Source: Betaproteobacteria bacterium TMED22 (GTDB lineage Bacteria; Pseudomonadota; Gammaproteobacteria; Burkholderiales; Eutrophovitaceae). From it: a stretch of 64,000 nt of DNA. Shown here piece after piece: positions 58,734-64,000 of the stretch. Each line of letters starts with the position of its first letter. Within the stretch, counting starts at the first letter, position 1. The position numbers and the translations under genes are program-made. The DNA lies in assembly GCA_002167745.1 (NCBI GenBank), contig NHCB01000006.1:49402-113401 (forward strand), given 5' to 3'. The notes under the pieces were generated by a model. It was not told the DNA's origin. It saw only the letters and a program-made list of their open reading frames with translations, and made no database searches.

Positions 58734-59831
58734 TTACTTAGATATTTTTTCTTGATAACCAACAATTTCTAAATCAAAACCAGTCATACTCGGCATACGC
58801 CTTGGCGTTGCCATTAGACGCATACGCCTCACTCCTAAATCTTTCAATATTTGAGCACCAATTCCATAATTGCGAAGATCTAACTTAGGCGTCAACTCCT
58901 CCCTTGGTTGTAAATGTCGTAATAACGCGGCCCCATCTTCAGTACGATGAATTAATATCAAAACACCCTTACCAACCTTATTAATTGTAGTTAATGCGTC
59001 ATCGAAGCGCCACGAGTGAATCCCGCTATCTTTATCCAGAAGGTCTGCAATCGAGAATGGTTCATGGACACGAACCAAAACTTCATCCGACTCGACAAAG
59101 CTACCCTTGACTAGAGCTAAATGTACCTCTTTGGAGATACGATCCCGATAGGCCAGCAGATTAAAGGATCCCGCTACCGTATCAATAGGTCGCTCCAGCA
59201 CACGCTCAACTAACGATTCATTCTGCCCTCGGTAAGCAATTAGGTCAGCGATTGTCCCTATTCTAAGGCCGTGCTGGCGGCTAAACTTTACCAAATCGGG
59301 TAAACGAGCCATCTCTCCATTCTCTTTTAGAATTTCGCAGATTACAGATGTCGGTTGGAGTCCTGCCATTAACGCTAGGTCACAACCAGCTTCGGTATGT
59401 CCCGCTCGCACCAAAACCCCACCTTCCTCAGCTTTCAAAGGGAAAACGTGTCCTGGTTGAACTAAATCATCAAAGGACGCGTCAGGAGACGAAGCCACTT
59501 TGATGGTTTGAGCTCGATCAGCAGCGGAAATCCCTGTCGTAACACCCTCTGCCGCCTCAATAGAGACGGTAAAATTAGTTCCCATCCGAGATCCGTTAGA
59601 GCCCACCATCGGTGTTAAATGTAGATGTCGACATTTATCCTCAGTCAAGGTTAGGCAAATCAATCCTCGACCGAACTTAGCCATAAAATTTACAGCCTCT
59701 GCGGTCACATGCTCTGCCGCCATAAGTAAATCACCCTCGTTTTCTCGATCCTCCTCATCAACAAGAATAACCATTTTCCCTTGCTTTAGATCATCAACAA
59801 TTTCAGGTATCGGACTAATATCGGTTGTCAT
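58734..59831 (-). CDS. ribBA: Bifunctional 3,4-dihydroxy-2-butanone-4-phosphate synthase / GTP cyclohydrolase II-like protein
   Basis: N-terminal RibB (DEEDRENEGDL…, GHTEA). The C-terminal RibA-like half may be non-catalytic, because I did not see the Cys zinc triad clearly. Confidence 0.88.
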   Translation of the reverse strand: MTTDISPIPEIVDDLKQGKMVILVDEEDRENEGDLLMAAEHVTAEAVNFMAKFGRGLICLTLTEDKCRHLHLTPMVGSNGSRMGTNFTVSIEAAEGVTTGISAADRAQTIKVASSPDASFDDLVQPGHVFPLKAEEGGVLVRAGHTEAGCDLALMAGLQPTSVICEILKENGEMARLPDLVKFSRQHGLRIGTIADLIAYRGQNESLVERVLERPIDTVAGSFNLLAYRDRISKEVHLALVKGSFVESDEVLVRVHEPFSIADLLDKDSGIHSWRFDDALTTINKVGKGVLILIHRTEDGAALLRHLQPREELTPKLDLRNYGIGAQILKDLGVRRMRLMATPRRMPSMTGFDLEIVGYQEKISK

Positions 59832-60430
59832 ATTTGTTTGGCACTACTTAAGAGTTTCTCAGTGTAACGAGCCAACATATCAACTTCTATGTTCACATAA
59901 ACGCCAGCCTTAATAAGTTTCAAATTAGTCATACTGATCGTATGCGGCACAAGGTTTATCAAGACCGAATCCTCGCCATCATGATTCACAGTCAAACTCA
60001 CACCATTTATTGTTATTGACCCTTTTTTAACGAGATATTTAGTAAGGACTGGCGGTACTTTAACAGTTGTCTCCCAATTACCGTCTATTTCATCTACAGC
60101 CACTACTTTACCAATCCCATCCACATGACCGCTCACCAAATGCCCGCCAATCAGTGAGCTTAGCGTCATTGCACGCTCTAAATTAACAACATCTCCAGGA
60201 GATAAACCAGTGACTAAGTTAAGAGTCTCTCGTGAAACATCAAACTCTAAGAATTTATCGCCTAAGCCTATGGTGGTTAAACAAACGCCACTCACGGCGA
60301 TACTATCTCCCAAGTTGACACCATCCGTCTCAAAATTATCACTGGTAACCCGTAACCTGGCCGACTTTCCGATAACATCACATCGCTCAACGAGCCCTGT
60401 ACACTCCACAATTCCTGTAAACATAATCAA
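59828..60430 (-). CDS. ribE: Riboflavin synthase
   Basis: MFTGIVE…GDSIAVSGVCLT…GSITINGVSLTV internal duplication. The likely start is the ATG at 60424. Confidence 0.93.
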   Translation of the reverse strand: MIMFTGIVECTGLVERCDVIGKSARLRVTSDNFETDGVNLGDSIAVSGVCLTTIGLGDKFLEFDVSRETLNLVTGLSPGDVVNLERAMTLSSLIGGHLVSGHVDGIGKVVAVDEIDGNWETTVKVPPVLTKYLVKKGSITINGVSLTVNHDGEDSVLINLVPHTISMTNLKLIKAGVYVNIEVDMLARYTEKLLSSAKQI

Positions 60431-61524
60431 AATCTAACCGTCACGCGAAAGTCCTTACCAATCGGAGTGATATCAATAATATTTTGCTCGAGAACTTGTT
60501 CCATGCTTTCGAGCTCGTCGAGAAAAAACATTCCTCTGCCCTGCGCACCTAAAAATTTCGGCGCATAATAAATAATCATTTCATCAATGAGATCTCGATT
60601 AAGTAACGCGCTGTGAAGATTAATGCCGGCCTCAACTAAAACCTCATTTATCTGTTGATCAGCCAACTTAAGCAAAAGCGTATCCAAGTCAACACGACCC
60701 TCTGCGTCTGGCAACACTAACACGTTAACACCCTTTTCAATGAAGTGATGTAATTGCTCCTGCTTCCTGATTGCTGTAGCAACAGTGACGCCAGGTGTTT
60801 TAAATAGATTCGCGTTCAAGGGACTTCTTAGCCGACTATCAACAATCACTTTGCCCGGTTGTCTATTTGTCTCAACATGTCGCACAGTCAACCTAGGATC
60901 ATCTTCAACGACCGTACCTACACCCGTAAGCACAACACATGACTGTGCTCTCCACTTGTGCGCATCTGCTCGAGATTCTTCCGACGTTATCCACTGACTT
61001 TTACCATTTTCCAATGCAGTTTTACCATCCAGGCCAGCTGCAACTTTGATTCGCACCCAAGGCCTACCAGACCTCATTCTTTTAAAAAAACCTAAATTCA
61101 ATTCCTCTGATTTTTCACTTAACACATCTCCCAACACTGAAATACCGTTCGCCACTAGATACTCCATGCCTCGCCCGTCGACGATCGGATTGGGATCCTT
61201 AGCCGCAAAAACAACTCGAATTATGCCAGCTTGAACTATCGCATCGACACACGGTGGCGTTTGACCATAATGCGAACATGGCTCTAAAGTCACGTATAGC
61301 GTCCCACCTAACGCTTGCGCACCAGCTTGTTCAAGTGCAATCACTTCGGCATGCGCCGAACCAGAATTAACGTGCCAGCCCTCACCAACGATATCATCAT
61401 GGTTAGTAATAACACACCCTACTCGAGGATTTGGTGTGGTTGTATAAAGTCCCCGGGCAGCTAATGCCAAGGCCCTTGACATGAAGTATTCATCGTTATG
61501 CTGGCTGTGCGTTATTGTGCTCAC
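60427..61524 (-). CDS. ribD: Bifunctional diaminohydroxyphosphoribosylaminopyrimidine deaminase / 5-amino-6-(5-phosphoribosylamino)uracil reductase
   Basis: Deaminase HAEV…[11 protein letters not shown] plus a reductase domain. Confidence 0.93.
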   Translation of the reverse strand: MSTITHSQHNDEYFMSRALALAARGLYTTTPNPRVGCVITNHDDIVGEGWHVNSGSAHAEVIALEQAGAQALGGTLYVTLEPCSHYGQTPPCVDAIVQAGIIRVVFAAKDPNPIVDGRGMEYLVANGISVLGDVLSEKSEELNLGFFKRMRSGRPWVRIKVAAGLDGKTALENGKSQWITSEESRADAHKWRAQSCVVLTGVGTVVEDDPRLTVRHVETNRQPGKVIVDSRLRSPLNANLFKTPGVTVATAIRKQEQLHHFIEKGVNVLVLPDAEGRVDLDTLLLKLADQQINEVLVEAGINLHSALLNRDLIDEMIIYYAPKFLGAQGRGMFFLDELESMEQVLEQNIIDITPIGKDFRVTVRF

Positions 61525-61973
61525 GGTTTCTGGACTTCCTTGAGAACATCTCGGAAATCCTCTTCGTCTTGGAAATTTCGATACACGGAAGCGAAACGTA
61601 TGTAGCCAACTTTATCCAACTTTTTCAACTCTGCCATTACCAACTCACCCACACGTCGCGACTCAATCTCACGTTCTCCCAGCGATAACACTTTTTGGAT
61701 GATGCGATTTACTGCATCTTCAACTAGATTAGCTGGTACGGGACGACTATGAAGCGCACGAGAGAATCCAGTGCGGATTTTTTTTTCGTCAAAATCCTCA
61801 CGGCTACCGTTAGATTTCACTAAAAGAGGCATGCGTAGCTCCACGGTCTCATACGTTGTGAATCGCTTATCGCAAGCCACACAACGACGACGGCGACGGA
61901 TGCTGTCGCCAGCCTCAGAAACTCGCGAATCTATGACCTGAGTATCTTCATAACTACAAAACGGGCATTTCAT
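61521..61973 (-). CDS. nrdR: Transcriptional repressor NrdR
   Basis: MKCPFC…VIDSR…RRRRC..C..RFTT.E zinc ribbon plus an ATP-cone. Confidence 0.96.
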   Translation of the reverse strand: MKCPFCSYEDTQVIDSRVSEAGDSIRRRRRCVACDKRFTTYETVELRMPLLVKSNGSREDFDEKKIRTGFSRALHSRPVPANLVEDAVNRIIQKVLSLGEREIESRRVGELVMAELKKLDKVGYIRFASVYRNFQDEEDFRDVLKEVQKP

Positions 61974-62004
61974 ATTTCAGCTCCGTCATAAAATGAATTG
62001 TTAA

Positions 62005-63249
62005 TCATCCATAAACTGGGTGACGTTTACATAGACTTTTAATTGCATCTTTTGTTCTAATTATCACATCAGTATCTTCCGGGTGATCAAGGACGTCTGC
62101 AATTAGATTAGCTGTCTCAAACGCCTCCTCTTGACCAAATCCTCTTGTCGTCAACGCAGGTGAGCCAATGCGTATACCGCTTGTCACGAAGGGAGACTCA
62201 GGATCATTAGGAATCGCATTTTTATTTACTGTAATGTGCGCGGATCCAAGGACATTTTCTGCGATCTTACCGGTGATTTTTTTACCCCTTAGATCAACTA
62301 AAAACATATGACTATCGGTTCCACCTGAGACAATTCTCAAACCACGCCGCGTGAGGACATTCGCCATTGCCTTAGCATTTGTAATCACTTGTTTTTGATA
62401 CGCAACAAACTCCGTCGTCAAAGCCTCCTTAAAAGCAGCCGCTTTCCCTGCGATAACGTGCATTAACGGACCTCCTTGATTACCCGGAAAGATAGAGGAA
62501 TTGACACGCTTCTCATGCTCCACTCCAGAGAGAATAATTCCCCCTCTCGGACCGCGAAGCGTCTTATGGGTTGTACTTGTAACAAAATCCGCAATACCAA
62601 CCGGCGTTGGATATACCTTAGCCGCAATCAGTCCAGAGTAATGCGCCATATCAACTAAAAAATAAGCTCCGACAGCCTTAGCAACATCTGAAATACGGGC
62701 CCAATCAATAAAAAGTGAGTAGGCTGATGCGCCTGCAACAATCATCTTAGGCTTATACTTGTGAGCAAGCTCTTCAAGTTGTGCATAGTCGATAATTTCA
62801 TCTGCATCCAAGCCATAACTGACAAAGTTATATATCTTTCCACTAAAATTTACAGGAGATCCATGTGTTAAGTGTCCTCCGTCTGCGAGCGACATCCCAA
62901 GCACCGTGTCACCTGGCTTAAGTACAGACATGTACACTGCAGCATTAGCTTGACTGCCCGAGTGCGGCTGAACATTCACTGCCTCGGCACTAAATAGTTC
63001 TTTAGCGCGATTAATTGCCATGACTTCTACATGATCAACAAACTCGCATCCCCCGTAATAACGCTTACCGGGATAGCCCTCAGCATATTTATTTGTGAGC
63101 AAAGATCCTTGAGCCTCTAACACCGCAGGACTCGTGTAATTTTCGGACGCAATCAATTCGACATGATCTTCTTGTCTTTGAACTTCCGAGCTCATCGCAC
63201 CCCAAAGTTCTGGGTCTGTGTCTTTAATACGATCTTGGTAACTAAACAT
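62005..63249 (-). CDS. glyA: Serine hydroxymethyltransferase
   Basis: [12 protein letters not shown]…[12 protein letters not shown] (PLP lysine). Confidence 0.98.
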   Translation of the reverse strand: MFSYQDRIKDTDPELWGAMSSEVQRQEDHVELIASENYTSPAVLEAQGSLLTNKYAEGYPGKRYYGGCEFVDHVEVMAINRAKELFSAEAVNVQPHSGSQANAAVYMSVLKPGDTVLGMSLADGGHLTHGSPVNFSGKIYNFVSYGLDADEIIDYAQLEELAHKYKPKMIVAGASAYSLFIDWARISDVAKAVGAYFLVDMAHYSGLIAAKVYPTPVGIADFVTSTTHKTLRGPRGGIILSGVEHEKRVNSSIFPGNQGGPLMHVIAGKAAAFKEALTTEFVAYQKQVITNAKAMANVLTRRGLRIVSGGTDSHMFLVDLRGKKITGKIAENVLGSAHITVNKNAIPNDPESPFVTSGIRIGSPALTTRGFGQEEAFETANLIADVLDHPEDTDVIIRTKDAIKSLCKRHPVYG

Positions 63250-63392
63250 ACGACATCAACTACCTTATTATTTGAAAAGGTAATTTTATCATTGCGCGCC
63301 GCAGCATTGCTGATTGCCACGAATTTATCTCAATAACATCGGCAGGTTGGCAATCGCCACCTGAGTTATTCAACTTCATTGATTGAGCTTTT

Positions 63393-64000
63393 CTATTTCC
63401 TAGATTGCTCAAAAGCCTTGAAGAAAGGCTCTAATGATTCCCTCTCAGCTTCCATCGCAGATTTGATTTCGCGCGTCGTATCCTCCATATATCGGAATAC
63501 CGCCCCCATCATTGGTATCGCGAGCATTTTCCAATACTCTGGGCCAATACAAAGCCCGTTATCCGGACTACATGCAATAAATGTATATGCCTCTTTCTCA
63601 CCTGCCTTCCAAGTGATCATTTCATTTGGCAATCGCTTTTGCGCTTCTTTTTGGAGCGCCTCAAGTTCTTTACGTGTTTCCTCTAGACGATAATCCCAGC
63701 GATCGGTAAACGTGTAATAAAAAAGTGTCGTCGATCCAAGATACCACTCCATCAAACCTCTTTGAATGGCACCGTGTTCAGTTTTAAAGTGCTCCGCAAT
63801 GTACGACGCCTGCTCACCAGTAAAGTTATTAGCAGTGTATTCAGTCCAGATTGTAGTGAGCCAATCACCAGAGGTAAATTTATCTCGTAACACCTCATCG
63901 CCAATATCTATCAAGTGCTGGACAGCTCGCTCAAATTCGGGCTTATCTCGCCACCACTCTTTACCTAGGCCACGCTCACGCCCCCACTTTAAAGAAAAGT
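63393..64000 (-). CDS. Hypothetical protein, family not recognised; reading frame stays open to the window end
   Basis: The track ORF (173 aa) starts at a TTG at 63914. I translated the upstream 86 nt by hand and found no stop (…FSLKWGRERGLGKEWWRDKPEFERAVQHLIDIGDE…), so the gene is probably 5'-truncated by the window. The protein is Trp/Glu-rich with no motif I can name. Confidence 0.45.
   Translation of the reverse strand, partial: FSLKWGRERGLGKEWWRDKPEFERAVQHLIDIGDEVLRDKFTSGDWLTTIWTEYTANNFTGEQASYIAEHFKTEHGAIQRGLMEWYLGSTTLFYYTFTDRWDYRLEETRKELEALQKEAQKRLPNEMITWKAGEKEAYTFIACSPDNGLCIGPEYWKMLAIPMMGAVFRYMEDTTREIKSAMEAERESLEPFFKAFEQSRK

Noticed and set aside
58683-63392. FMN riboswitch in the riboflavin cluster, other leader riboswitches upstream of glyA/nrdR/ribD/ribBA, and a cobalamin riboswitch upstream of the BtuF-like gene at 41162-41195
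   Set aside because: The intergenic gaps here are 0-51 nt (34 nt for the BtuF-like gene), far too short for these elements. The 143-nt glyA leader shows no motif I recognise.

Overview
This window is mostly core chromosome from a moderately AT-rich Gram-negative bacterium. Gene order looks beta/gamma-proteobacterial. The minus strand carries lapA-ihfB-rpsA-(aroA::cmk fusion)-tyrA-hisC-pheA-serA-like-serC-gyrA. Later come alaS-recX-recA-cinA-pgpA-thiL-nusB-ribH-ribBA-ribE-ribD-nrdR-glyA. The only RNA gene I can support is tmRNA (ssrA, 14125-14487, tag ANDERYALAA). I saw no rRNA, tRNA, CRISPR array, transposase, integrase or recognisable defence gene. The more unusual content concerns PQQ and the periplasm. 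(1) A pqqABCDE operon sits at 21214-24475; its 23-aa pqqA is too small for the ORF track. An ABC-2 type exporter pair follows it directly. (2) A second, orphan pqqA lies at 16280-16351, downstream of a sensor kinase/LuxR-type regulator pair. (3) A five-gene periplasmic module at 36029-39661 has two paralogous metallo-beta-lactamase-fold proteins, one of which has lost its metal-binding motif. It also has a SoxY-SoxZ fusion-like cysteine carrier and two monohaem cytochromes c. This resembles the context-defined but biochemically uncharacterised 'quinoprotein relay' gene set, yet no quinoprotein dehydrogenase is next to it. It is my best candidate for an undescribed system. Other oddities are a truncated znuA-like remnant abutting the ssrA terminator next to an orphan zur, a (TTTA)8 microsatellite upstream of tldD, 18-bp tandem repeats in a Pro-rich TonB-like gene, a seamless aroA-cmk fusion, and a SodC-fold lipoprotein lacking most metal ligands. 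All functional calls come from reading the translations against remembered family motifs. No database search was run.
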